A stretch of 63,304 nucleotides of DNA, counting the filler, from Craspedostauros australis (Eukaryota): assembly GCA_030167865.1 (NCBI GenBank). It is 13 parts of 13 records of this genome, joined end to end, with 100 filler letters (N's around TTAATTAATTAA, not from the genome) between each part and the next. Parts side by side here need not be neighbours in the genome. Positions count along the whole stretch, not along the records: positions 19,089 to 32,057 come from JALAGF010005522.1; positions 32,158 to 33,928 come from JALAGF010005523.1; positions 34,029 to 35,766 come from JALAGF010005525.1; 10 more parts are not named here. One strand, given 5' to 3'. Below, piece by piece: positions 24,823 to 35,866 of this stretch (positions within the stretch are counted from its first letter, which is position 1; each line of letters starts with the position of its first letter). The notes under the pieces were generated by a model, which worked only from the letters and a program-made list of their open reading frames with translations, was not told the origin of the DNA and searched no databases. The position numbers and the translations under genes are program-made.

Positions 24823-26037
24823 TCATGGGATCAGGTTGATGTATTCTTCGAATGTCAGCTTGTGCGATTGGTACCGTGAAGACTGCTGATTACCATTCAT
24901 GGTGCAATGAATGTTGGCGAGGAACGCAGCAACAAAATTAATGTGTGTGAGAGGATTCAGCAGTGTTTTGTTGGCACTGCGAACGCTGACGAGGGGAAAA
25001 TTTTTCGTGATCTCCTTGAATGCCCACTCAACACAGATGCGTCCCGACGACATGTCCTTGTTGCACTGCGCCTCGGAGGACCCTGGAACAGTGTCCTTGT
25101 ATGCAGCGAATATGTATGGATTAGTAGGATATGCTGCATCACCATAGAGACGATATGGAGGATTGTTCTCATCCAACGGCATGAGAGCCTCCAATCGCTG
25201 TTCGATTTTGCTTTGCTGGAACATGTACCCGTCACTGCGAGCACCCGCAATCGGCCCAAAGTAGTGGATCATCAACCCATCTGGTGCAACGATGCCTTGA
25301 TAGTGCAACCCATGAGCGCGTTTATAGCCAGAGTATAGGCCTTTTTGATTCTCCTTCGGGCGACACGTTTCCCACAACGTGCCGTCGACATAAGCAATCA
25401 CATCGTCCACCAAGCCGTGGGTGAGACGGTGGTTGTTGTTCGCATAGTCAGGGAATCGAGTATGAAACAAACCAATGTCGCTCAGGTACGGCTTGCCAAT
25501 GGCATAGAAGTAGGAGTAGAAAGTGGAGGCAATGCTGGAAATGCGGTTGCTGTCCATGCTGAATTTCTCTTCCATGTCACACAGCCGCCCGCGATGTGCC
25601 AGACGGAACAGCATGACGAGCAATCCCATTTCGTATGATACCGTGTATCGATTCTTCACCTGAATGCATGCAGGATCTAACTCACCAGACACTGCCTGGA
25701 ATTTGGGCCAGAGACGGTCAGCCAGACGTTGGAGATCACACGCACGGAAACGAAAGTGACGAACACTTTCGCGGTCGTCCAGTTCCGCGATGGCAATATT
25801 CCTGTTGGTGAACATGGGAGGAGGTCCCAATGGAGTGAGGTAGAGTTGCTGCATCTGTAGCACATGACGGCCCAATGCGACGATGTTGCTATAGTGCTGA
25901 ATCAAAATGACGACTCCTGCATAATCCAGACGTTGGACGTCGATGTCTGCAAGTTGAACGATGGCAGCCTCAAATCGAGCGCTGGCTTCTTGCAATGCCT
26001 GCCGCTCGGGAACGGTATTCCAGTTACGATTGACCAT
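24823..26037 (-). CDS. DDE transposase, Harbinger/HARBI1 (DDE_Tnp_4) type, 404 aa
   Basis: AYVDGT (D), YSGYKRAHGL, APDGL, LYGDAAYP (D), RICVEWAF (E); N-terminal HFRF and HTH region. Confidence 0.93.
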   Translation of the reverse strand: MVNRNWNTVPERQALQEASARFEAAIVQLADIDVQRLDYAGVVILIQHYSNIVALGRHVLQMQQLYLTPLGPPPMFTNRNIAIAELDDRESVRHFRFRACDLQRLADRLWPKFQAVSGELDPACIQVKNRYTVSYEMGLLVMLFRLAHRGRLCDMEEKFSMDSNRISSIASTFYSYFYAIGKPYLSDIGLFHTRFPDYANNNHRLTHGLVDDVIAYVDGTLWETCRPKENQKGLYSGYKRAHGLHYQGIVAPDGLMIHYFGPIAGARSDGYMFQQSKIEQRLEALMPLDENNPPYRLYGDAAYPTNPYIFAAYKDTVPGSSEAQCNKDMSSGRICVEWAFKEITKNFPLVSVRSANKTLLNPLTHINFVAAFLANIHCTMNGNQQSSRYQSHKLTFEEYINLIP

Positions 26038-26419
26038 GGCAACGATGGTAAGTAATAATCGAACGCGTGGAGGAGCTGCGTGTGCGAAGGTGCGATGAAC
26101 ACAGAAGAATTGAAGGAGCAGCGATTATAGCATGACATGTAGCATGGAGGGAATGCATCATGCAACATCAAAAAAGGAACCGATGATGTGTTGTGACACT
26201 CATGACCAAAATGTGACGCTCTTCGGGAGAAGTGAAAGCGAACATGTCTAAATTAGATACCCTAGAGATGGCGCGAACGGTTATTGACTCCACGTAATCC
26301 AAGCAGTATTCTGTCACGCAACAGTCCTGTGCAGTTTCCGTCACTCGAGACTCCATGTCACATGTGACATGGCGCCTGGGGGCCTCTCGATGGAAATCGC
26401 AACAATGCGATAACTCTCT

Positions 26420-26466
26420 AATGAAAGTAATAAAATCGACGTTACCGCCTATAACGTCTATTTAAC
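26420..26466 (-). mobile_element. Terminus of an unclassified element, GTTAAATAGACGTTA on the minus strand, belonging to the 20-bp array
   Basis: Same 15-mer at 48960-48974, followed at identical spacing (37 nt) by a related 20-bp array. Confidence 0.7.
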
Positions 26467-26790
26467 CTTCACATATTGGAACATCGGAGTTGGTCTTGGC
26501 TCGTCGGCGTCGAGGAGTGCCTCGAACACGGGATTGGTGTGGCGAAGGGCGTTTGTCCGTTCTCCGGACACACTTTCAACGAATTTCCCGTGCCTTGCCG
26601 ATGATGTGATCTGTTCGTGTGCTGGTTGCGTCTGGTGGTGGTCGTCATTGGAGGGGTTCGGGTGGCTATTTTCGTTGGCCTGGCTGGCGACCCCAGCCAA
26701 TCAAATGGCTTACTACTCCACTCGGGAGGATACGGAAAAGCACAGACCAGCGCGTCAAGTCTTGGGACGTATCTAAATTGTTAATCCTGC
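26467..26790 (-). pseudogene. Possible LTR end, leader and Gag N-terminus truncated by the element ending at 26466
   Basis: Minus strand reads ...ttaaca|atttagatacgtccc, then ORF MAGVASQ...MFQYVK that runs into the terminus; assignment by analogy only. Confidence 0.35.
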
Positions 26791-26813
26791 CTTTCGAAAA
26801 AGGTCTGAAAATA

Positions 26814-27437
26814 TCCCTAATGACGTTTTGCTTGCGTCCGGACGCAAATTGGGCCAATTTGCGTGGGGACGCAAATGGAAGGTCGCCGAAAATGCCACTT
26901 GTACTACTTAAGTCCCATGTTCCTCCACGATGTCCCGTGTTGCAGAAAAAAACGTGCTTTGCCTCCGAAACCCGAAAACGGTTTTCTTTTTCTGACTCCT
27001 TCGAGTAACGCATTTATTTGGCGATTTCACAAAAAAACCCACGATGCAGCACGGCGTCATTGGTCATGTCTCAGGGGTTCCTTTCCGTGCGCCTGACTTG
27101 CTTTTCTGACGTCATGGGATCTGAGGTAATAAAATTTTACTTTTTGATTTCGATGTCATCCACCACGATCCTGACAACAACACCAAAATCCTGGCAACGG
27201 TGTAACACAACAAGGAGGGAGGCGCACGAATCATGATTATTGTTTGTTCAATTCCCACAACTGCAACGATTATTATCAATTTAAGACATGAGGCATGTCG
27301 TGAGTCGAGCTGGCCAGCGCAAGAGGATTTGAAAAAAAACGGCTTCCCGTAAAGCGTATTTGAGCGAGTCCGTTGAGTCGCCGCTTGCGTCCGGACGCAA
27401 GCTACGTAGGCCAGTATCAGGCCAACATCATTAGGGG
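26814..27437. mobile_element. MITE-like element, 624 bp, TA TSD
   Basis: TA|tccctaatgacgtt ... aacatcattagggg|TA (12/14 inverted match); palindrome ttgcgtccggacgcaa just inside both ends; no credible ORF. Confidence 0.6.
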
Positions 27438-28122
27438 TATACGCAAGTGTTGCTGTTGCTGTTGCTGTTGCCGTGAACGTGGACGTGTCAGGAAGCCGCC
27501 ACCAACGCTGCGCTGCTTGACACAACACGCACAAACGTGGAAACACCCAAATGGGCCAAATGACCAACAACGCGAGGAATCAACGCAACACCGAATCTGC
27601 CGCAACATCACCATCCACACCGTTGGATACCATCGCCGTCTGATATCGACCGTCAAAGACGTCATCATTTTCGTCCGCGGTGAAGACAAGCCAGCCAGGT
27701 ATTTATGTCGTAGAAGCTAGCTAAATATATCTAACCCTACTGGACAACACGAAAAATCATGTTCTAAAAATATCATGTTTTACGATGTCAAATCCGCAAG
27801 AACGTACGTGCGAACCCTGAATGGGGTCGTATGAGGATGTGTGATGTGAATTGTATTACAGCGCGCCGCGCGTTGGGGGTGTCAGACACTTGTAAGATTG
27901 AGCGCTCCATGGCTTTCTTGTCCCAGCGACGCTCTCCCAAGCCCGCTGATACTGTCTACCGATGGATGGCGAGATCCTTTCGATACTACGGTTGTGCTGA
28001 AGACCGAATTATGAAGGTGATTTGTCATCATCCGTATGGTGGCTGGCCCAAACCCTTCAAGACTTGGATTTGGTGTGGAACCGGAGGAGGATTGTGCTCG
28101 TGCTCTTACTCCCACAGGGCGC

Positions 28123-30669
28123 TTAGGTGCAGGTGATTGGGCAAGAGCTGCCAGAGGCAATGGTCAAGACAGCAGTGAGAGGCGCGCAGGTGGAAGTCGG
28201 CCCAATACCGTGTTGGCATCGGCTGCATCCCCCTACAGGGGTATCGTTGCACACGCCGTCGGAGAGGGTGATGTCCGCGTTAAAGTCGTAGTCGTAGCCC
28301 AGGTAGTAGCAGGAGTCCTCCGGCACGCAAGTACCATCACCGATAAGTGTGTCTCCCTCGAACTGGTTATAGTTTATGCCGATGTAGGAGTGGTGAGCGT
28401 TGATGTTCGTGCACGAGCGGACGTTGGCACAGGACCCGGCTCCCACAATAGTATTGGACACACGCTTGTTATTGGTGGTGCCGTTGCCCTGGGTGGGTGT
28501 TGTGGTCGCGTAATTTTCTGCTCCAGCACCCATGTCAGCACAGGCTCTATCCATAGCACATGATCCTGCGCCAATAATGGCGTCGCCGTTGGACTGTTGC
28601 GCGAAGGCGTAGCATGCCCTGGTTCCAATGCACGATCCTGGCCCAATGATGGAGGCCTTGTCACTTCCAGAGTTGAAGTTGAAGTGGGAGCATGCATCAA
28701 AACCGGGAGAAGCGCCAGAGAGGCAGGATCCCTGGAAGATCATGGACTGAGTCTCGATGCTTTTGCAGGCCTTGTCCCCAATGCAACTGTTGGATGCGAT
28801 AGACGCGATCCCGGTCCAGGAGCAGGCCGAGGCTATGTTGCAGCACGTGCGCCCTGCCATACCACACCAAGCCATAGCCTCAGGAGCGGTTCCAGTGAAC
28901 ATCTCACCGGTGGTGGCGGCGGCGGCGGCCGCGCTGAAGATATCGAGGACACCGGTCTTTCCGCTGATGGTGTTGAAGAGAGCGACGCCGTCAGCAATGG
29001 TTGCCTGGTTTTCGAAGATCCTGAGGAGATCAGCTTCATTCTGGATAGTGGAGAGAAGGGTCCTTCCCTCTGCTGTGTCTGGTGTTCCGAGGGCAAACAG
29101 GAATGTCAAGGGAGTTGGAGCAGAAGTTGGAGCTGTGGGTGCTGATGTTGGAGCAGAAGTTGGAGCTGCTGTTGGACCAGTGGGGGCTGATGTGGGAGGT
29201 GACGTGGCAGGTGTTGGGAAAGGGGTGGGGGAAAAGGTTGGACAGTCTGTGGGCAAGGTGTCCTTGCCAATGCAATACTCATCCACTCTGTCACCAGTGG
29301 GATTCATGTTGCTGTCGCTGCCTCCCTTTGGACAGGCCCCATCAACATCGCTGATGATGTAGACTTCGTCGGAGTTGCACTCCGTCTTCGTCATGCATCC
29401 TCTGCAGCCTTCGACACTGCCGCATCCACCAGGAGGGACGACGAGGTCGGTTGTCATCCTGTCATTGAATCCCATCTTCTCGCATGACCCATCGGCGGCG
29501 CAACCACCAGCACCAATGGTGAGGCTGCCTGCATACTTGCCTGCAGTACCATGGTTGACAGTGGAATGGGCATCCTTGCAGGCATTGCTGCCAACACACG
29601 CATTCTCACCGATGTCGATGTGGCTGCGGATGCGGGTGGAGGCCTTCTGCACGACGCGGCGTCCAGCTGCATTGCATGCCTCTGATCCAATACATGCACC
29701 GGTCTGGATGGTGACATCACCATGAGAGCGGCGTCCCACTCCCTCACAAGATTGAGGGGTGGTGCATGACATCTCACCGACGAAGGTGACTCCTGTGATG
29801 GACGGGTTGATTTCATTTTCGTTCATCAACTCGCATGCACTCGCGCCTGTGCAGGAGGAATCAAGGACGAGGGGATTGGGACCCATATCCTTGCAGGCGC
29901 TGTCACCAGTGCAGGCAGTGATGGCGATGGTCATGAATGGAGGAGAGTTGGAGGCGGAACCGGTGACTGAGGTGCATCCTGAGGATCCTTGGCAGCATGG
30001 ATCTGCGACGGCAGGCGATTGCATCGCAGCGATGTCCGTGCATGCTGTGCTCATTTCATCTGGTCGTTCGGTGATGAGGAGCGGCTTGGTGGCAGCAACC
30101 AGGGTCAATTGGCCAGCAAGGATATCGCTGGATGCGTACTTGTTGAAGAGCTTGCGAGCGGCTCCTTCGCCAAGGTCTCCTGCGCATCCGAAGAAGTTTT
30201 GCAGTTGCTCGGATTCCTTGACGGCCCTGATGGCTTCGCGGCAGGATTGCTTGGCAGAGTTACAGATGATGGTTTTGGCGCTTTGCTCTTCTGTTGTGAG
30301 GGCGGTATTGCCATCTGGCTTGCAGACAACGGAGATGGTGGAATCGAAGACGGTTGGGGCAGCTGATGGTTTGGCAGTTGGCAGGAGGGTGGGCTGGGAG
30401 GTCGGCGAGGTAGTCAGCGACCCAGTAGGCAATGCGGTTGGCGGGGTCGTTTCTGGATCAGTTGGGTTTTCAGTGGGTGGCACTTGATTGTTCTTGTTGC
30501 TCTTGTTGGTGTCACCGCCGGCGCCCTTGAGGATGCGGGTCTTCATCATCATCATGTGGAGTTTCTCGGTTGGATCCACAGGAATCCTGTTGCCGCGGAG
30601 CACGGCGTCGACCGTTGCCGTGTCGGCGAGAGCGAGAAAGGTCGCGAAGGCTGTCTTGGTGTAGATCAT
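28123..30669 (-). CDS. Secreted Cys-rich repeat protein with Pro/Thr-rich linkers, 848 aa, probably cell-surface or adhesive
   Basis: Signal peptide MIYTKTAFATFLALA; PTxxPT tracts; many IGxGxCxGxxAC repeats in two blocks; RIL/RKL/RTL motifs; uninterrupted ORF. Confidence 0.85.
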   Translation of the reverse strand: MIYTKTAFATFLALADTATVDAVLRGNRIPVDPTEKLHMMMMKTRILKGAGGDTNKSNKNNQVPPTENPTDPETTPPTALPTGSLTTSPTSQPTLLPTAKPSAAPTVFDSTISVVCKPDGNTALTTEEQSAKTIICNSAKQSCREAIRAVKESEQLQNFFGCAGDLGEGAARKLFNKYASSDILAGQLTLVAATKPLLITERPDEMSTACTDIAAMQSPAVADPCCQGSSGCTSVTGSASNSPPFMTIAITACTGDSACKDMGPNPLVLDSSCTGASACELMNENEINPSITGVTFVGEMSCTTPQSCEGVGRRSHGDVTIQTGACIGSEACNAAGRRVVQKASTRIRSHIDIGENACVGSNACKDAHSTVNHGTAGKYAGSLTIGAGGCAADGSCEKMGFNDRMTTDLVVPPGGCGSVEGCRGCMTKTECNSDEVYIISDVDGACPKGGSDSNMNPTGDRVDEYCIGKDTLPTDCPTFSPTPFPTPATSPPTSAPTGPTAAPTSAPTSAPTAPTSAPTPLTFLFALGTPDTAEGRTLLSTIQNEADLLRIFENQATIADGVALFNTISGKTGVLDIFSAAAAAATTGEMFTGTAPEAMAWCGMAGRTCCNIASACSWTGIASIASNSCIGDKACKSIETQSMIFQGSCLSGASPGFDACSHFNFNSGSDKASIIGPGSCIGTRACYAFAQQSNGDAIIGAGSCAMDRACADMGAGAENYATTTPTQGNGTTNNKRVSNTIVGAGSCANVRSCTNINAHHSYIGINYNQFEGDTLIGDGTCVPEDSCYYLGYDYDFNADITLSDGVCNDTPVGGCSRCQHGIGPTSTCAPLTAVLTIASGSSCPITCT

Positions 30670-31169
30670 GGTTGCTCGGTACTTGGTGGTTGGTGATTGA
30701 TCGTTCGGGGTTGATAGTTGTTTGCTTGGTGTTGTCAGTTGACAACTTGGATGGATTTATGAGATGAAGAGTTTGATTGCTGCTTGTTTGGGCCATTTTG
30801 TGTGCGTCTTCGATGTTGTGCATGAGGCAACATGGTACGAGGATGGCATGACGCCAAGGAGGCCAAAGCTCCGCCACAACCAGAACCTTCACAACTGGTG
30901 ACATCACCGTTGGATAGAAAGACTCCGTGGATCGATGCCGATGACCAACACTTATGGTGCAGCATGACCCTCCCCAACGTCCATCACATGTTGGGCCTGA
31001 ACTATTTGACGTCCGAGCAAAGCGCATGCAAGCATGGTGGGACAAGTAGACATGGAACATGCCGCCCTTGCTCAACTCCACATGCCATCATCTGTCGTCC
31101 TTCTTGATCCGCTGTTCTCGTCTGTACCAGGACAGGACTTTGTCGCAGTCTGGTTTCCACAAGGGCACT

Positions 31170-31627
31170 CTCCATGTGTTTTGGCATGCAACACGCAACA
31201 CTCAACACGCAACCGCCACAACCCATTCGGTAAAACAACACTCTTGGAGTCGAGCAGCGGGAACAAGCATCAAGCTCTTGATCACTCCAACGCAAGAACG
31301 CAAACGATGAATCGGTATCTGGGTTTGCGCCTTCCCAGCAAAAAAGGAGAGAGAAAAAAGACTCGCCAACTGATGGGGTGGAAGGGTCTTTCGTGATCGT
31401 CGCCTCTGTGATGCAAGCACAATCAGGTTGTCGAAGCTCTTACGGAACGAGAGCTGAATGCACTTTGTAGGATCAAACACCGATTCGCATTTTGGTTGGC
31501 GTACGACTCGCCCTGGCATGAACACTCCAACACTAAAACATTTACAGTGCAGCTACACCACTCAACAGTTACGAACGTGCTGCCCTGTCTCTGAAGACGC
31601 AAGTGGGGGTTCCTGCTCTTCAGATTG
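31170..31627 (+). repeat. Dispersed repeat family C; second copy at 40448-41010 carries an extra internal segment
   Basis: Shared blocks atgtgttttggca, gatgaatcggt, gaagggtctt..gtgatcgtcgcctc, ggatcaaacac, ccctggcatgaacactccaaca, gggttcctg..cttcagat. Confidence 0.8.
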
Positions 31628-32426
31628 GGAACCGTTTCGCGTTGGTGTTGGGGTTTGTGGCTCTCCCACTTCACTCTCACGAGCATTCACGTGACGAATA
31701 CAACACAACTCTGCACAAGTTTCGTGACATGTTGCGAACGAATGTTCGTCCGCACGGCGAAGACTCTCTGTTGGGCAAAGACAAAGAGGCATTCGATGAC
31801 CCCTTGTGCCTCAAAGAGCCGGCTGTAGCCAAACAAATTGGCGATGTTTGGCGATGTTTGGATCACAGAAACTGCTCTGTAGAATGTAGTACATTTTCTA
31901 CGTAAGTCCCGAACAAAAAAGGCTAACAACAGCATCAACCAAAGTTAAGCTCTCCGGACTTAGCTCGTGTGCATGTTCCTGTACTCGTCTTTCTATTGTA
32001 GCATCGTATATAGTATATATATACAATCCTAAAGTTTGGTGTCTGTTGCTCTCCTGCNNNNNNNNNNNNNNNNNNNNNNNNNNNNNNNNNNNNNNNNNNN
32101 NTTAATTAATTAANNNNNNNNNNNNNNNNNNNNNNNNNNNNNNNNNNNNNNNNNNNNCCTGTTTCCTGTTCCCTGTTCCAGCAGTGCGCACATGAAGAAT
32201 GGAGTGTTGTAGAGAGATCTGACGACGACCATGTCGCACGACGAGTTCACGAGTATGGAGCTGCGAGTATAGTGCGAAGATAGTATGGTGCGATTATAGT
32301 ATGGATATGATACGAGAAGGGAGCAACTACGATGCGAGTAGAGCACACCACCAGAGTACATCGGGAGTACGTTTAGAAGCAGAATGCGATAGTCGAATGG
32401 TACATTCCTTGTTTCGGGACATTATT

Positions 32427-33928
32427 CTATTCTGTGGAGGACTCGGCGTTCTTCTCGCCACTTCTCAGAAACGATTTGAAGAAGGAGGCTTGGATCGACA
32501 CTCTCTGCTCCCAATCATATTTCATTACCCTTTCCATCAACCATTCAAACACAGCATACGACGTGATCCTGTCGGTCCTGTCTTTGCTTTCTTGGATTAC
32601 CTCGCACGCAGCTTTTCGGACCTTTTCAGATAGCTGTGGTGTCTTCTTCTTCTTTGTGGGCGACATCATCCTGATTTTTTGTTCGGATGCCCACAATGGT
32701 TTGGATTCCGAAGAGGACGACGCATTGGGATGTGTCACGGTTGATTTGGCAGGTGGCTTCGATGACAATTTCACAGTTGGCGATGCTGATCCAGATGATG
32801 CCGCCGATGATGACNNNNNNNNNNNNNNNNNNNNNNNNNNNNNNNNNNNNNNNNNNNNNNNNNNCTCGGCGTTCTTCTCGCCACTTCTCAGAAACGATTT
32901 GAAGAAGGAGGCTTGGATCGACACTCTCTGCTCCCAATCATATTTCATTACCCTTTCCATCAACCATTCAAACACAGCATACGACGTGATCCTGTCGGTC
33001 CTGTCTTTGCTTTCTTGGATTACCTCGCACGCAGCTTTTCGGACCTTTTCAGATAGCTGTGGNGTCTTCTTCTTCTTNGTGGGNGACATCATCCTGATTT
33101 TTTGTTCGGATGCCCACAATGGTTTGGATTCCGAAGAGGACGACGCATTGGGNTGTGTCACGGTTGATTTGGCAGGTGGCTTCGATGACAATTTCACAGT
33201 TGGCGATGCTGATCCAGATGATGCCGCCGATGATGACGCCAATGATGACGATGAATTTGCAGTTGCTTTCCTGGATGCTGTTGTCGTGGATGCTTTTGTA
33301 CTTGCCTTTTTGGTGTACGTGATTGCCCAACCCGACTCGACAAAGTCAGGAGCCTCGACCTTCTGCTCAACTGTGACGGTGTTGGCTTCGTCGCCAGGGC
33401 GTGGCTGTGAGATGAAATCGAAGACCCAATTTGTGACGAGATCGCGGAGAACGGCACTTTTTGGAGTATCAGGCTTGCCGCGAGCGCGTGACGTGCGTGT
33501 TGTGTATGTTGGCGGAGACTTGGCTTCGCCTGGCGTCTTCACAAAGGCAGGCTCGATCTCTTTGATTTCGTCGCTTTCGAAGTGTATTTGCAGATCTTGG
33601 ATGTCGTAGCTGTCCAGCTTTTCTTGATCGATGATCTCTGGCTCGGTGACACCAGAGGATGCTGTGAGTACAGCGCTGTCATCGCGAAAGTCCACCTGAT
33701 GCACATCTCGGCAGGGAATCTCTTCTGTTCGAAATGGCTTGTTTTCGAGTCCATCGGATTGCATGACAGTGGTGCCCTTCAACTTGCCGGCATGTGCAAG
33801 CACGGTGATCGTCCCCTTGATTTTGTGCTTTACGAGGTTGGTGAAGATACCTTTCTCTGTCAACCCCTTTGCGCCCTTTGTGCGGTTGATGGCTCGTCTC
33901 AGAACGTTGCCCACGATACCAAAGTGGC
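32427..33928 (-). CDS. C-terminal part of a Sola3-like transposase (divergent member)
   Basis: IKGTITVL...RDVHQVDF...ASSGVTEP aligns with IAGTTTVL...RQTHEVKF...AASGVTDD (35867 contig); GWA motif; 32442-32814 duplicated across a gap. Confidence 0.6.
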
Positions 33929-34028
33929 NNNNNNNNNNNNNNNNNNNNNNNNNNNNNNNNNNNNNNNNNNNNTTAATTAATTAANNNNNNNNNNNNNNNN
34001 NNNNNNNNNNNNNNNNNNNNNNNNNNNN

Positions 34029-35766
34029 AAGCAGTGACATTCCCTTCTTCCCCCAATATTCTTGTTGGGCTTCGCTTTGGCCTGTCGGTAGAATTTTTTG
34101 CTTATGGTCAAGTACCACATAGGCTCTTTCAGGCTTATCATTGAGTTCGGATTGATAAAANGCGATTTGTCGGAATTGAACTTTTGCACGCACTTTGTGA
34201 GCCATGTANTTAANNATTTCNTNGGNGAATCCNGGCGCCGCNGCAAGCATGGATTGNAATTCGTCNTTGTGTTCTNNGAGTTCGTTGTCCTTAAGCATTG
34301 TGACAAAAGGAACAAAACGATCATTCACAAATCGCATTGCTGATCCACAACGGTTGCATACTTTACGCGGTTGTTCGCTTGTTGTGACCACTGGAATGTC
34401 ATTTGTGATGGTTGGCATGTCGCTTTTGGGAGTGGTCTTCTTGCGCTTGTGCTTGTTGGTGCGTGGTTTGCGTTGATTGGTTGATGTGGTTGGTGCCTTC
34501 TTCTTCTCCTTTTTGGTGGTGAGAGCGAACNNNNNNNNNNNNNNNNNNNNNNNNNNNNNNNNNNNNNNNNNNNNNNNNNNNNNNNNNNNNNNNNNNNNNN
34601 NNNNNNNNNNNNNNNNNNNNNNNNNNNNNNNNNNNNNNNNNNNNNNNNNNNNNNNNNNNNNNNNNNNNNNNNNNNNNNNNNNNNNNNNNNNNNNGTCATT
34701 GGCATCGTTTTGTTCCTCCTCGTCTGCTTCATACTTAGCCTTCAGGAGGTCTACTAGGCGCGAAATTGCCTGTTTGAGTTTCTCCGTCGCCATCCAGAAG
34801 TAGCTCTCGAAGGAAGAAAGGCCGGTCTTGATCTTACTTTTGCGTGTGAGCAGGTTAGTCATGAGGGTGAATGCAGGCATTCCAACTGGGTTGTTAGTCG
34901 TTGACGCGNNNNNNNNNNNNNNNNNNNNNNNNNNNNNNNNNNNNNNNNNNNNNNNNNNATGGTCAAGTACCACATAGGCTCTTTCAGGCTTATCATTGAG
35001 TTCGGATTGATAAAAAGCGATTTGTCGGAATTGAACTTTTGCACGCACTTTGTGAGCCATGTAATTAATGATTTCATCGGAGAATCCTGGCGCCGCTGCA
35101 AGCATGGATTGCAATTCGTCATTGTGTTCTTTGAGTTCGTTGTCCTTAAGCATTGTGACAAAAGGAACAAAACGATCATTCACAAATCGCATTGCTGATC
35201 CACAACGGTTGCATACTTTACGNGGTTGTTCGNTTGTNGTGNNNNNNGGAATGTCANTTGTGATGGTTGGNNTGTCGNTTNTGATAGNAGTNNTCTTCTT
35301 GCNCTTGNGCTTGTTGGTGCGTGGTTTGCGTTGATTGGTTGATGTGGTTGGTGCCTTCTTCTTCTCCTTTTTGGTGGTGAGAGCGAACGCGGCCGAATGC
35401 ATTGGATCGTCACACTGAAGCTGCATGTGAGAGGCGGTGAATTCCCATTTGAGGAACACAACAAGCAGTTCGAGTGCATGCAAGAGAGAATCGGCTGTGC
35501 GCACATGTGGTGCGATGACGTCATCTGGCTCGTCATTGTCGCTGTCGCTCTCGTCATTGGCATCGTTTTGTTCCTCCTCGTCTGCTTCATACTTAGCCTT
35601 CAGGAGGTCTACTAGGCGCGAAATTGCCTGTTTGAGTTTCTCCGTCGCCATCCAGAAGTAGCTCTCGAAGGAAGAAAGGCCGGTCTTGATCTTACTTTTG
35701 CGTGTGAGCAGGTTAGTCATGAGGGTGAATGCAGGCATTCCAACTGGGTTGTTAGTCGTTGACGCG
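34029..35766 (-). CDS. Central part of a Sola3-like transposase (two overlapping contig copies)
   Basis: KTGLSSF, HMQLQCDDPMH...CNRC, YMAHKVR, YVVLDHKQKILP...EYWGKKGMSLL. Confidence 0.7.
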
Positions 35767-35866
35767 NNNNNNNNNNNNNNNNNNNNNNNNNNNNNNNNNN
35801 NNNNNNNNNNTTAATTAATTAANNNNNNNNNNNNNNNNNNNNNNNNNNNNNNNNNNNNNNNNNNNN

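Larger units (their letters stand above)
22319..26419. mobile_element. Complete PIF/Harbinger-superfamily (PHIS, Pangu-like) DNA transposon, 4101 bp
   Basis: 36-bp TIRs at 22319-22354 and 26384-26419 (AGAGAGTTATCGCATTGTT..., 34/36 match); AAT TSD at 22316-18 and 26420-22; two convergent intact ORFs. Confidence 0.93.
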
